Part shown: positions 24,762-34,626 of the stretch, one piece after another
Position numbering within the stretch: the stretch's first letter is position 1
Layout: the number at the start of each line of letters is the position of its first letter
IMG/VR virus record: IMGVR_UViG_3300030107_005819
Span: 1-55,980 of that record
DNA: 55,980 nt
Direction: 5' to 3' (one strand)
Origin: a virus
Lineage: Duplodnaviria > Caudoviricetes
The notes under the pieces: model-generated
Told to the model about the DNA's origin: nothing
The model's input: only the letters and a program-made list of their open reading frames with translations
Database searches by the model: none
Translations under genes and position numbers: made by a program

Positions 24762-25460
24762 CTAAATAATCTCATCAGCAATTCCCAGGTCTACTGCTTC
24801 CTCGGCGGTGAGATATACATTAACTTTCTTGTCCATAAGCTTCTTAAGATAACGCTTGGTCATATCAGTCTCTTCGGCCAAGCACTCAATGTGCCGCTCC
24901 TGCAGATATCTAATCTCATCCATTTCTGCCTCCAGGCTATGGATAGAACCATGACTGGCAGCGATGACACTGTGGATCATAACACGACAATTTTTGGCGA
25001 TCTTACGGTGCCCTTTGGTGCCAGAAGCTAAAAGCAGTACTCCGGCAGACATCACCTTTCCGATCCCAATCGTACAAACATCGGTCTGCTTTCTGGTGAG
25101 GCGGATCATATCATAGATGGCGAACATTTCCGGTGCTGAACCTCCGTGGGTGGAAATTAATAGCTCCAGGGGGTCGTTAACGGTGATCAACTCTGAGTCA
25201 ATGTCTTCCGGGTCGGCCAACTCTTGCCTCTCTGTCAACTTAAGTTGGTTAATGATGTGAAGAGAGTATACTATCTCTGAGGCTATTTCTTCTGTCACCT
25301 CTCCATAAAGAGCGATGGTCCGAATTTTGGGGCCTTCATCCTCTTCAGCGGCGGACCCAAACAAGGCTTCGAGATCGAGCCGGGGTGACACCTCTTCCTC
25401 CCCGGAGTTATCGACCACTTCTTCCTCGGCTTCTTTAATATATTTTCTTTTTCTTCCCAT
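24762..25460 (-). CDS. clpP: ClpP-family protease subunit
   Basis: RTIALYGEV, ISTHGGS, GKVMSAGVLLLASGTKG, RVMIHS, YLTAEEAVDLGIADEII. Confidence 0.92.
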   Translation of the reverse strand: MGRKRKYIKEAEEEVVDNSGEEEVSPRLDLEALFGSAAEEDEGPKIRTIALYGEVTEEIASEIVYSLHIINQLKLTERQELADPEDIDSELITVNDPLELLISTHGGSAPEMFAIYDMIRLTRKQTDVCTIGIGKVMSAGVLLLASGTKGHRKIAKNCRVMIHSVIAASHGSIHSLEAEMDEIRYLQERHIECLAEETDMTKRYLKKLMDKKVNVYLTAEEAVDLGIADEII

Positions 25461-25469
25461 AATTTCCTT

Positions 25470-25868
25470 TTAGGCTCGTCGCCTTTTAATGTCTTTTTTG
25501 TAAACACGGTCTAGCTCTTTCATGGCCCCATCCCAGTCCTCATATTTAATAACAAATCTATAGTTTTTAGGGAAATGCATTAGAAAATTTCCAATAACAG
25601 AAGCTTTCCAATTGGCAAACACTCTCTCATCTAGCTCCTGAAGCTCGGCCAGATCCGATTCACTGACACTAGACTTGTGAAGGTGTTTATACTTCATTTC
25701 TCTGGCAAGGCTTAGATCGGCGGCGGCAATCCCCAAGACTGTTAAGCATTGGTGATTAATCTTCTCCACAAAATTGGCCAAGTGGCCGTAAACCAGTACC
25801 GCCGTCAGCGCCCTATACGTGAAGACGCCAATTACAAACCAAATTAGCTCCTTATGTTGTTCATACAT
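25470..25868 (-). CDS. Hypothetical protein with N-terminal hydrophobic segment
   Basis: LIWFVIGVFTYRALTAVLVY. Confidence 0.7.
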   Translation of the reverse strand: MYEQHKELIWFVIGVFTYRALTAVLVYGHLANFVEKINHQCLTVLGIAAADLSLAREMKYKHLHKSSVSESDLAELQELDERVFANWKASVIGNFLMHFPKNYRFVIKYEDWDGAMKELDRVYKKDIKRRRA

Positions 25869-25893
25869 TCGTTCTCCATTATATACAAAGTAT

Positions 25894-25922
25894 ACTATAT
25901 CAAATTTGGGAACAGTTGTAAA
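25894..25922 (-). promoter_or_regulatory. sigma70-type promoter
   Basis: TTTACA-17-TATAGT with TGn extension. Confidence 0.7.
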
Positions 25923-25924
25923 GC

Positions 25925-26545
25925 TTATTCTTCAGAATCGGTGGCTTTTTTAGTGAGTCGCTGAAAAATCTTTTCTGTAAGCTGCTCAGCCAATTGATCA
26001 TGTTTTAAATTATCAATCTTGCTTTGAACTTTCTGGAGGAGAGTTTCAAAAAAGACATTTGTTTCATCGCCTTCCTCATAAACGTCTCTCATCGCTGGCT
26101 CTTCTTCAACATCCAGGGCTGCTTCAAACTCGTCGCCGTCGTCTTCAATATCAAGATCGGCCTCAAGATCCTCATCGCCCTCGTCGTCCAGATCGAGAAC
26201 TTCTTCGTCCTCCATATCACTGGCTACGTTTACTTCTACATCGAAGTGCTCTTCGGCGGAGGCGGCGATGTCCTCGATGAAACCGGTAAGTGCGTCTTCG
26301 ATGTCTACAGGAGCTTCAACTTCAACTTCGGCATCAACCTCTACCTCATCCTCAATCTCAAGATCTTCGTCATCCATGCCCATATCGGGGTCGTCAATAA
26401 CCTCTTCTTCGTCTTCGATCTCAAGCTCATCCTGCTCATTAACCTCTTCTTCCTCTGGAAGAAAGGTCTCGGAGAGAGGCCCAAGAGATGCCAGCTTCAT
26501 AAAGCGGCGAATGGTTGCTTCGTTAAGAAGTGTCTTCTTGCTCAT
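25925..26545 (-). CDS. Extremely acidic protein, prohead core/scaffold-like
   Basis: MSKKTLLNEATIRRFMKLA leader, long D/E tracts, C-terminal amphipathic helix. Confidence 0.6.
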   Translation of the reverse strand: MSKKTLLNEATIRRFMKLASLGPLSETFLPEEEEVNEQDELEIEDEEEVIDDPDMGMDDEDLEIEDEVEVDAEVEVEAPVDIEDALTGFIEDIAASAEEHFDVEVNVASDMEDEEVLDLDDEGDEDLEADLDIEDDGDEFEAALDVEEEPAMRDVYEEGDETNVFFETLLQKVQSKIDNLKHDQLAEQLTEKIFQRLTKKATDSEE

Positions 26546-26575
26546 AGTATTGCTCCTTGAAAAAAATACTCAAAT

Positions 26576-26583
26576 TAAATAGT
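26576..26583 (-). promoter_or_regulatory. Putative late promoter motif ACTATTTA
   Basis: Intergenic, upstream of the acidic protein. Confidence 0.55.
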
Positions 26584-26624
26584 AAGTTACACCACAAAGT
26601 GCTCAAAATAATGACTTTTTGCTC

Positions 26625-26861
26625 TTAACTCCTATTTTTTATTCTCTTATTTAATTTTTGCTGGGCCTTAGTTTCAATTTGTTTCACCCTAACAAAGCTC
26701 ACTCCGAGCCTTTCGGCCACCTCTCGGAGGGTCATTTGGCCATGTTTTTCCACTGCTATTAAAGTACAGTTATAATCGTCTTCATACTCAATCCAATGGC
26801 GGCATTCTTTGACGGGGCACACAAAGCCCTTTTCTTTACACACATCCGTACAATCGTTCAT
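26625..26861 (-). CDS. Stand-alone sigma70 region-4 HTH protein with Cys-rich N-terminus
   Basis: MTLREVAERLGVSFVRVKQIETKAQQKL; five Cys in the first 32 aa. Confidence 0.8.
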   Translation of the reverse strand: MNDCTDVCKEKGFVCPVKECRHWIEYEDDYNCTLIAVEKHGQMTLREVAERLGVSFVRVKQIETKAQQKLNKRIKNRS

Positions 26862-27172
26862 AGATCTTCATTCTCCTCCGCGATGAGATCGAATATGTTT
26901 TCGACCTCCTCTTGGGAGAGTAAAAAATCGCTCTTTGTTTTCTTTGCCTTATCATAAGTTTTTTTCAATACTGTTCTCCTTGTTTTTGGTTGGCTTTTGT
27001 ATTTGTCAATAAACTTTAGAAGATCTTCATCTTGTTCGATATACCCAGTTATGATCGCTCGAAAGAATTCACCCTGACGTAACTCATCAACATGAAGTCT
27101 AATCCGGAAATCGGCATATCTTTTATCTGTGTCTTCAAAACAGAACTTTTTTGTTTCATTTCCATAACTCAT
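26858..27172 (-). CDS. Hypothetical protein (possible ribbon-helix-helix)
   Basis: KKFCFEDTDKRYADFRIRL...QGEFFRAII; coupled to the sigma4 gene. Confidence 0.65.
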   Translation of the reverse strand: MSYGNETKKFCFEDTDKRYADFRIRLHVDELRQGEFFRAIITGYIEQDEDLLKFIDKYKSQPKTRRTVLKKTYDKAKKTKSDFLLSQEEVENIFDLIAEENEDL

Positions 27173-28254
27173 CGTCTTAAAATATGTGTTGAACTCTCTA
27201 CTTGGCCGGCTGACGTTTGGCGAATAAAGCTTGCTTTGTTTCCAAGTTCCGTGAGATTCTTTGCTCCGGTGTATGAAAGACCGCTCCTTATTCCTCGTTC
27301 TAGTTCGCCCAAGATAAAATAAACCCCTCCCTTATATGGGATGGTGGTGGCGACACCTTCAAGAGAACTTGTGCTCCCCCTCCAGTCCATCTGAGCTTCT
27401 TTGCTCGCCATGCCTCGATAAGCCTTGTACTTTTCTCCGTTAATATTCTCAAATATATCTCCGGGGGCCTCATTGGTTCCGGCCAACAGCGACCCAAGCA
27501 TCACGAAGTCTGCTCCAGCAGCGAGAGCTTTAACAATATCGCCCGAAGTCTTAAACCCCCCATCGGCAACCAAGAGGGCGTCTCTATCACTTTTAGCACA
27601 GTCCATGACAGACTGAAGAGTGGGCACCCCATGTCCGGTCTGGATTCGGGTGGAACATATTGAACCACCTCCCACTCCGACTCGAACACTATCGGCCCCC
27701 CAGTCTGCCAAATCATTGAACCCCTCAAGAGTTGCCACATTGCCAGCCATGATATGGACCGACTGGCTTCCAAACTGTTTCTTCAATGTCTTTAGGGCTT
27801 TTTTGACCAACACATGGTGGCCGTGAGCCACGTCAACACAAAGGACCTTTGCTCCGGAAGCCACACAGGCTCGGGCTCTCTCTAAATAATCGCCCGAAAC
27901 GCCGATGGCCGCTCCGATAAGGGGCTCGAATTCATCAACGTCGCCCACAAACTCATTAGCCATCAACTCCCAAGCTGCCTCAATCTGTATCTGTTGCTCA
28001 TCAATCGTATTGTATCTATGAATTACTCCGAGGCCGCCACATAAAAACATCGCCGATGCCATATCGCTCCCGGTAACAGTGTCCATAGGGCTGGAAATTA
28101 AAGGCAACTCCAGGGTAAAGTCTCCCATCTGATTGGCAAGGCTCACCTCGGATCGACTTTTGATCTCTGAGTACCCTGGCTGAAGCAGTACGTCGTCAAA
28201 GCACACTGTATCGGGGATGGTCCCCTGTACTTCGCCTTTGGAATTAATTATCAT
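27169..28254 (-). CDS. IMP dehydrogenase/GMP reductase family protein (no CBS domains)
   Basis: [37 protein letters not shown] (catalytic Cys), [18 protein letters not shown]. Confidence 0.92.
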   Translation of the reverse strand: MIINSKGEVQGTIPDTVCFDDVLLQPGYSEIKSRSEVSLANQMGDFTLELPLISSPMDTVTGSDMASAMFLCGGLGVIHRYNTIDEQQIQIEAAWELMANEFVGDVDEFEPLIGAAIGVSGDYLERARACVASGAKVLCVDVAHGHHVLVKKALKTLKKQFGSQSVHIMAGNVATLEGFNDLADWGADSVRVGVGGGSICSTRIQTGHGVPTLQSVMDCAKSDRDALLVADGGFKTSGDIVKALAAGADFVMLGSLLAGTNEAPGDIFENINGEKYKAYRGMASKEAQMDWRGSTSSLEGVATTIPYKGGVYFILGELERGIRSGLSYTGAKNLTELGNKASFIRQTSAGQVESSTHILRR

Positions 28255-28531
28255 TTTTAATCCCCCTCTTCTTTATATCTTCAATGAGTTGGTGTGCCGT
28301 GTTCCAGCAAGAAGGGCAATAAAGTCTGACCACTTTTTCCTGTTCTTTGACCACTACATTCCAAGAACTCACCATGTCTTTATCAGTTTTGTCAAAGGAT
28401 TTTTCACAAGCACTACATTCTTCCGCAAGGTCAAAGAAAAGAGAGGTCTTTTCGTTCATATCTTTTTGAGCCTCCCTTCTGTTTTTAGCTATGTTTTTCC
28501 TTTTTATTTTTCTCCACAATTTATTTCCCAT
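28244..28531 (-). CDS. Small zinc-finger protein
   Basis: Start reassigned to ATG 28531 (AGGAG SD); CSAC...CPSC. Confidence 0.7.
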   Translation of the reverse strand: MGNKLWRKIKRKNIAKNRREAQKDMNEKTSLFFDLAEECSACEKSFDKTDKDMVSSWNVVVKEQEKVVRLYCPSCWNTAHQLIEDIKKRGIKNDN

Positions 28532-28532
28532 T

Positions 28533-29009
28533 TTAAAAATCTCCTGTTGATCCAAAGCCACCCGAACCACGAGACGTGTTATCCACCGCCGGGTCAGTCA
28601 CTGTTTCTACTATTTGAGGGGTCACAATGGGGACCACCACGGCCTGTGCAATCTTCTGAGAGGGCTCGATCATCTGGTTTTGGCGTCCGATGTTCTGAAG
28701 GTTGACATATATCTCGCCTGTATAACCAGCATCGACCACACAGGCGCCGACAATTAGTCTTTTGTTGGTGGCTACCCCGGACTTGTTTTTGATCTCTAGC
28801 ATATAGCCCTTCGGCAAGTCCACCTTGAGTCCCGTGGGAATGAGGCAACTTTCTCCAGCGGCAATCAGAATAGATTCTCCCTCCCACTGACATTTATTAC
28901 TAAGTTCTGGATCTGGACAATAAAACAAATCTGCTCCGGCGTCTTTTGGGTGAGCCCTCTCTGGTATTTTAGCACATTCTCTGATTTTGTAAAAGTATAT
29001 TTTTTCCAA
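28533..29009 (-). CDS. dut: Trimeric dUTPase
   Basis: AGADL, KSG, VVDAGYTGEI, KIAQAV, RGSGGFGSTG. Confidence 0.95.
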   Translation of the reverse strand: MEKIYFYKIRECAKIPERAHPKDAGADLFYCPDPELSNKCQWEGESILIAAGESCLIPTGLKVDLPKGYMLEIKNKSGVATNKRLIVGACVVDAGYTGEIYVNLQNIGRQNQMIEPSQKIAQAVVVPIVTPQIVETVTDPAVDNTSRGSGGFGSTGDF

Positions 29010-29013
29010 TTCT

Positions 29014-32000
29014 TTATCCTAATAGTCTCAAGTTGTGACGAATGGAACGGGTCGAAAAGCCCCACTGTTCATCATAACTAAGCTTTGCCATATAAGGTCG
29101 ATTAATGTACACCTTATCATCATCTCGGACTCCCCAACATTTGATGCTGGTGGTGATGTTATTAGAATCCACCACGTTGAGAATCCAATATGTCTTCCCA
29201 TTTTTAGTCTTTCTCTTGATGATCTCTCGTGGAATAAACCACACCACCTGTAAGTCGGGGTCATAATCCGAAATGGCTGGGATGTAATTCTCCTCCAGCT
29301 TTCGTCGAACGGCACCCTTTAGCACCAAGTCCATGGGAAAGATCCCAGTAAGTTCGGATAAGTAGATAATCTTTTCATCCACTGAGAAATCTTTTTCGTC
29401 TCGATAAGATTCTATATTGGCTGCCAACTTCTTCGGATTCTTGGGCCGGTCAGCGATGGCTGCAGCCCACATGTGTTTCATTCCGCTGAAGCGGTCATCC
29501 CTAATCGTGTCCAAGGCACCGGCTCTACACATGACGTCCAGGGCCTTCTTGTTTAACTTGCTGTGGATGATTCCTTCTCGGAAGAGCAGGTCATCAATGG
29601 TTTCAAAGGGTCGATGAGTCAAGATTTGTTCAATCGCTGTCTCTCCGAGGCCCTTGATCGAGGTTAGTGGCTGGATCAATGTCTTGCCATCTTCTGAGAT
29701 CTCCCACACCCTTCCCGATGTATTGACGTTTAGTTTCTCAAGATTAAATCCAAAGGACTTGGCGATGTTGATTGCTTTTTCTTTTCGCTTTTCGGGCTCT
29801 TTGTCCAGAAACGCTGCCATCCACTCAGAGGGATAGTAATTAAGAAGATAGGCACACTGATAGCTAAGAATACTGTAGCTGACAGCGTGGGACTTATTAA
29901 AGCCATACCCTGAGAAGTACTCGAACGTTTGCCAGAGTCCTTCGGCGTCTCCTTGTGATAGTCCCTTAGAGACACAACCTTTGACGAATTTATTATAGAT
30001 CTTGAGTTTTTTCTTTTCATGATCTCCGGTTCCTTTCTTGGTTAATAGTTTACGAAGAGTGTTTCCTTCATCGAGGGAAATATCGTCTCCTAACTGGTGG
30101 GCGAGGAGAGCAATCTGCTCCTGAAAGATCAGGAATCCATATGTTTCCTTGGTTACATCCCTCACCATATCATGGAGATATTCCACGTCGCTGGGTCGCT
30201 TCTTGGCCTCCACATAGTTTTGGTCTACTTTGGCACTCAGCGGCCCTGGTCGGTAAATTGAGGTAATAGCGGAGATATCAATAATACTCCGAGGCTGGGC
30301 TCGTTTACAGAAGTCCTGAGCGCCTTTCTCCGTGAACTGGAATACGCCAGCCCACTTCCCCTCATGGAAAATGTTCTTATAAACATCTTGATCGTTCAAG
30401 TTGATCTTGTCGGGGTGGAGATGTTCATCATAGTAATCCTTCACCTGATCAAACGTGGGGTTTTCCACTCCGTGATGTCGACGTAGAATATGTCGAACAG
30501 CATCCTCGATCATTCTTAAGGACGCCAGTCCAAGAATATCAAACTTAATAAAGCCCAGTGGCTCCAGGTGTCGAACGTTCTGACCTTCGCTCCATGGGGT
30601 CTGTCTCACCCCTCCACTATTAACTAGAGGCATCCACTGGTCTAGATTCTCTCCGATCACGACGCCTCCAGCATGACGAGACACCGAGCGTACTTGGCCC
30701 AAGAGGGCCACGATATGAGTTTTCACATAAGGATATTTATCCAAGAACTTTTTAAGACTGTCTGAATATTCCATCACCTCTTCGAAGTTCGGGACGTAAA
30801 CGCCTGCTTTGATGCCATGAACCTTTTTGGCAATCGGTGTTGCCTCCTGCATCATCCTCCCTGTAACCAGGTTTACCTCCGAAAAAGGAATGTCATAAAA
30901 CTTAGACACGTCCTTGATAAGAGAACGAAGCTGCAGAGTGTTATAGTTAGAAATGGGAACAACGGTCGAGTCGCCCCACTCTTCAATAAGAATCTCCTTA
31001 AGGTCCATCGGGTTTGACACGTCGTAGTCAATATCTGGATAGTCCACAGCATCTCGCCTCAAGAAGCGAGAGAACAAAAGCCCATATTTAATCGGGTCGA
31101 TCTGAGTAATGTTTAGCACATAGGCTACTAGTGACCCTGCTGCTGATCCTCGCCCTGGTCCCGTTAACTGAACGGAAGTGGCCTTGTCGGCAATAGCCTT
31201 CATGGTGAGGAAATACTTGGCAAAGCCTCGATCCTTAATCGTCGTAAGTTCTTCCTTGAGTCTCTCAACATACTCTTCTTTCTCATCAAGCCCTCGTTCG
31301 GCTAGACCGGCCAAGCAATCTTCGGTTAGGGCCTGGATGTCTGTCTTTCCGGCGGGAACAACAAATTTGGGAAGTCGAACCTCGTTATCCGGTAAGAAGT
31401 CTTCAATGAGATCATGGGCAATATGATGAGTTCTCTCGATGGAGTCTCTCACTAGCGAGTCATCATAATTCGTGTCTAACAGTTCTGAGTATTTTTGATA
31501 AGACTCCCACATCTGTTCCCCGTTCTTGGGGTAAAGCTCGTAGCCGATCTCTTCTACTCCTCCAGGGAGTTCGGGGTCCATATAAGAGGGGAGACCGCCT
31601 TTTCCGAGCCACCCAATTCGTTTATAGAGTTCTCGGTCTTTCCAGGCATCAGGGTTTGGGTAATGGCTATCAGCAGTAGAGATAAGATCAACATCAAACT
31701 CACGACATACTTTAACAATATACTTGTTAAGCTCATGCTGTGCCGGGATATTGTTCCACTGTAATTCTCCAAACCATCGGTCTCCAAATATCTGTTTCAT
31801 TCGACGAGTGGTGTCTCTCATCGCCTCCAGAACAGCTTCATCGCCCTCTTCTTTATTGTCCCAATAGTTTCCAGCATATACTCCACCAAGACAAGCACTG
31901 GCAGCAACAACGCCATCACTATATTGAGACAAGAGATTATAATCCATTCTAGGATATCTATAAAAATTTCCATCTTTGTAACTCTCCGAAACTAGCTTAA

Positions 32001-32421
32001 ATATGTTGTTCAAGCCCATTTGGTTCTGGGCAAGCAAGATAAGGTGGTTCCTTTTCTTTAAGATATTGGTCACTTTCTGCTTAGAAGCGCTTTCATCTTC
32101 AATACTTAGAGAAATATCACGATCCACCTTCTTTTTTTCATTTTTTGCTCTCTCGTATTCTTCTCTCCACTCTTCAAGGGAAGGCAAGAAATAAGCCTCG
32201 ACCCCAAAGATGGGCTTAAAATTATCCCCATTCGCCTTAAGTCTCTTAGCGTGTAGAACCTGATAAGGAAGACCGTTCATGTGCCCGTGGTCGGTTAGCG
32301 CCAAAGCATCGGAACCGTTGTGAAGGGCGAAGTCAATATGGTCTTGAGGATAACCAAGACCGTCGTTCAGGCTCAAGCCACTGTGGGCGTGTAACCCAAC
32401 AAAGGGTATTTTTTTAGACAA
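29014..32421 (-). CDS. dnaE: DNA polymerase III alpha subunit (family C)
   Basis: PHP domain HAHS/TDHG/DSHY, GRGSAAGSLV, PDIDYD, RHAGGVV, KFDILGL, YGFNKSH; no intein. Confidence 0.97.
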   Translation of the reverse strand: MSKKIPFVGLHAHSGLSLNDGLGYPQDHIDFALHNGSDALALTDHGHMNGLPYQVLHAKRLKANGDNFKPIFGVEAYFLPSLEEWREEYERAKNEKKKVDRDISLSIEDESASKQKVTNILKKRNHLILLAQNQMGLNNIFKLVSESYKDGNFYRYPRMDYNLLSQYSDGVVAASACLGGVYAGNYWDNKEEGDEAVLEAMRDTTRRMKQIFGDRWFGELQWNNIPAQHELNKYIVKVCREFDVDLISTADSHYPNPDAWKDRELYKRIGWLGKGGLPSYMDPELPGGVEEIGYELYPKNGEQMWESYQKYSELLDTNYDDSLVRDSIERTHHIAHDLIEDFLPDNEVRLPKFVVPAGKTDIQALTEDCLAGLAERGLDEKEEYVERLKEELTTIKDRGFAKYFLTMKAIADKATSVQLTGPGRGSAAGSLVAYVLNITQIDPIKYGLLFSRFLRRDAVDYPDIDYDVSNPMDLKEILIEEWGDSTVVPISNYNTLQLRSLIKDVSKFYDIPFSEVNLVTGRMMQEATPIAKKVHGIKAGVYVPNFEEVMEYSDSLKKFLDKYPYVKTHIVALLGQVRSVSRHAGGVVIGENLDQWMPLVNSGGVRQTPWSEGQNVRHLEPLGFIKFDILGLASLRMIEDAVRHILRRHHGVENPTFDQVKDYYDEHLHPDKINLNDQDVYKNIFHEGKWAGVFQFTEKGAQDFCKRAQPRSIIDISAITSIYRPGPLSAKVDQNYVEAKKRPSDVEYLHDMVRDVTKETYGFLIFQEQIALLAHQLGDDISLDEGNTLRKLLTKKGTGDHEKKKLKIYNKFVKGCVSKGLSQGDAEGLWQTFEYFSGYGFNKSHAVSYSILSYQCAYLLNYYPSEWMAAFLDKEPEKRKEKAINIAKSFGFNLEKLNVNTSGRVWEISEDGKTLIQPLTSIKGLGETAIEQILTHRPFETIDDLLFREGIIHSKLNKKALDVMCRAGALDTIRDDRFSGMKHMWAAAIADRPKNPKKLAANIESYRDEKDFSVDEKIIYLSELTGIFPMDLVLKGAVRRKLEENYIPAISDYDPDLQVVWFIPREIIKRKTKNGKTYWILNVVDSNNITTSIKCWGVRDDDKVYINRPYMAKLSYDEQWGFSTRSIRHNLRLLG

Positions 32422-32449
32422 TATGTTTCTCCAATTATTTTACAGTCTT

Positions 32450-32478
32450 AGACTAACATAGTATTAATAGAATGTCAA
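32450..32478 (-). promoter_or_regulatory. sigma70-type promoter for dnaE
   Basis: TTGACA-17-TAGTCT with TGT extension. Confidence 0.7.
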
Positions 32479-32518
32479 GTATTTTCTTCAAACTATTTTC
32501 AATGAAGCTTCTAAGCTG

Positions 32519-33781
32519 TTATGCCGGATCTAAATATATAAAATATTCCGTGCCATTAATCCAGACCGAAATTCGATGGGACATGTTAGGGACGCTCATA
32601 GAGGAGGCTTCTGGGCCACCTTCCAAAAACAGTTCCACTGTTGCTCCATTCGAAGAAAGTCCAGTTGAGTCTTTGCTGCCGATATAAATCTGATTGGATG
32701 TAACGGCAGAAGGGGAGGTTCCGTTTTTAATAGTTAAGACTCCGACAGCATTGCTATTAATGGTCGTTGTTCCAATGCCCACGTTACCGTTCTGGTCGAT
32801 TGCCATTCTGGTAGTGGTGTTAGTTTTAAATGTCAGATTGTCGGTAGTATAATCGTTAAAAACGATCCATTTTCTCGTGCCGTTCTCGTACAACTCAAGA
32901 CCGGGATGGCTGTCGGTGTCTCCGTCGATTTTGATCCTCGGGTCATCTCCAACAACTTTAAGATTGCCGTCGACATGTAGCGACTCGTCTGGAGTGCCCA
33001 CGCCGTTGATACCCAACCTATTAGTACTAGCATCAAACTTCAAGCCCGGATTTCCTTCACCAGAGCCGTTACCTTTGACAACAAAGTCGATATTGTTGCT
33101 TCCATCGTTAAGCGTAATTTCGTGAGGAGCAGAGCCTTTTTCCTCCACGGTAATCATTGCTTTACCACCCGCCTTGAGGATTATTTTATCATCAGCAAAA
33201 TTGATGAGTGTGTTGCCATCTCCATTGTGATAGATGTATTGATCTACTCCAATGTCGCCTGCTACATCAAGTGTGTAGTCGGGAGCATCCGTTCCGATGC
33301 CGACCTTGCCGTCCGAAGTAATTCTCATTCTCTCTATGCTGGTCGTATCATCGTCTTGATCGTCAGGGGCTGTTCCGAAAACTAAATAACCTCCCTTGTC
33401 CGTTGTCGAATGGTGCTCGGAGGCATATCCGGCCACGTATACTGATGCTTCAGTTGTTCGGCTGGGTCTATTCCCATCTGCTGAATCGAACCCGATCCCT
33501 CCCAGAATATTGTCTGGATATACGGCACCATCGTAACGGATAATCATAATTCCCTCGTCTCCGTCTGCTCCTTCATGCTGAATCTCTATATTGTGATTGG
33601 GCGTTGTGAAACAACCCAGACCAACTCTGTCATTAGCGGCATCAACATAGAACGCATAAGGTCTGTTATCGGATTCAATTCTGAAGTCTACGTCCTCACT
33701 CTCTTCGTTAAAAGTTGCCGATCCTGACACGGCCAGGGAGCCTGATATCTGTGCTCCGTCTCCATATTTTGATCCTGCCAT
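32519..33781 (-). CDS. Tail-fibre-like beta-repeat structural protein
   Basis: Repeats DRVGLG, ERMRITSDGKVGIGT, NRLGING, RMAIDQNGNVGIGT. Confidence 0.7.
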   Translation of the reverse strand: MAGSKYGDGAQISGSLAVSGSATFNEESEDVDFRIESDNRPYAFYVDAANDRVGLGCFTTPNHNIEIQHEGADGDEGIMIIRYDGAVYPDNILGGIGFDSADGNRPSRTTEASVYVAGYASEHHSTTDKGGYLVFGTAPDDQDDDTTSIERMRITSDGKVGIGTDAPDYTLDVAGDIGVDQYIYHNGDGNTLINFADDKIILKAGGKAMITVEEKGSAPHEITLNDGSNNIDFVVKGNGSGEGNPGLKFDASTNRLGINGVGTPDESLHVDGNLKVVGDDPRIKIDGDTDSHPGLELYENGTRKWIVFNDYTTDNLTFKTNTTTRMAIDQNGNVGIGTTTINSNAVGVLTIKNGTSPSAVTSNQIYIGSKDSTGLSSNGATVELFLEGGPEASSMSVPNMSHRISVWINGTEYFIYLDPA

Positions 33782-34626
33782 TAGTTTTCCTCCGTTGCCA
33801 TTTTATTCAATTCCTTTCTCTTTAAAATAAAAGAGGAAATAGGGGAAAGACTTTTGGCGTCCGTCGATCCAATATAATTAGAGTAATCTTCCCAATTGTC
33901 AATGGAATGATACCAGGGACAAAGTATTTTTTGATAGTGATCTAGGTTTAAAAAACAAAATAGCTCGTTTAATTTTATTTTTTGGACCCCCTTTCCAGTA
34001 ATTTTATATTTTTCTTTAAAAGTGTCACGGAGCATGAAGAAGTCTTCGGCATCAAAAGTGAAACCCATGAAGTGTCCATGAGTAATGTTCTCTCCTCCAA
34101 ACGATAAGAATACCTTATCATCACTAGAGATTGTTCTTCGATGTTCTCTAAGGATATCAGGAGGATACACTCCCCACGGAAAAGATACATAATACTTATC
34201 GGGGACAACCCAGCGGCTAACTTTCTTACTCACAAAATAAGCTGAATTAGCTCCGTGAAGAACACTCCAGGCAATCGAATCTCTTTTGAAGCGGTCTTTG
34301 GGGTGAATAGAAACATAAAATATGGGAATTTGTTTCTGAAACTCTTTTGGGTGTTTTTTATAGTCGCTGGTGGCAAAGACGGGATCTAAGATATAGTCCC
34401 CCACTCTGCTCTTAACGAGGGGTTGGGTGTCTTCGTTACAGATAACCCAGATGGTTTCACACCCGGCATAGGCACACTCTAAGATACTCCTCTCCACGGC
34501 CAAATAATCTTTTCCGATAGGCATAAGGCAGTCGTTCCACGGAAAACTAAAGTCCATTGGCTGACCGGCAATTGGAACTATCCCCGCCAAGTGAAAAGAG
34601 TTTTTATTATTCTCCCCCAGTTCCAT
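33781..34626 (-). CDS. Degenerate sugar-phosphate nucleotidyltransferase-like protein
   Basis: GIVPIAG...CLMPIG...AVERSILECAYAGCETIWVI matches the NTP_transferase N-terminus but lacks GxGxR and PK. Confidence 0.55.
   Translation of the reverse strand: MELGENNKNSFHLAGIVPIAGQPMDFSFPWNDCLMPIGKDYLAVERSILECAYAGCETIWVICNEDTQPLVKSRVGDYILDPVFATSDYKKHPKEFQKQIPIFYVSIHPKDRFKRDSIAWSVLHGANSAYFVSKKVSRWVVPDKYYVSFPWGVYPPDILREHRRTISSDDKVFLSFGGENITHGHFMGFTFDAEDFFMLRDTFKEKYKITGKGVQKIKLNELFCFLNLDHYQKILCPWYHSIDNWEDYSNYIGSTDAKSLSPISSFILKRKELNKMATEEN

Noticed and set aside
25925-26545. D/E-rich low-complexity DNA as a tandem repeat element
   Set aside because: Explained by acidic protein composition; no fixed-period nucleotide repeat.
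10362-32421. Bacterial chromosome or prophage origin, suggested by clpX, groEL, dnaE and guaB-like genes
   Set aside because: Bacterial operon contexts are broken (groES far from groEL, clpP far from clpX), the genes are interleaved with gp32-, gp41-like and tail genes on one strand, and no integrase is visible.
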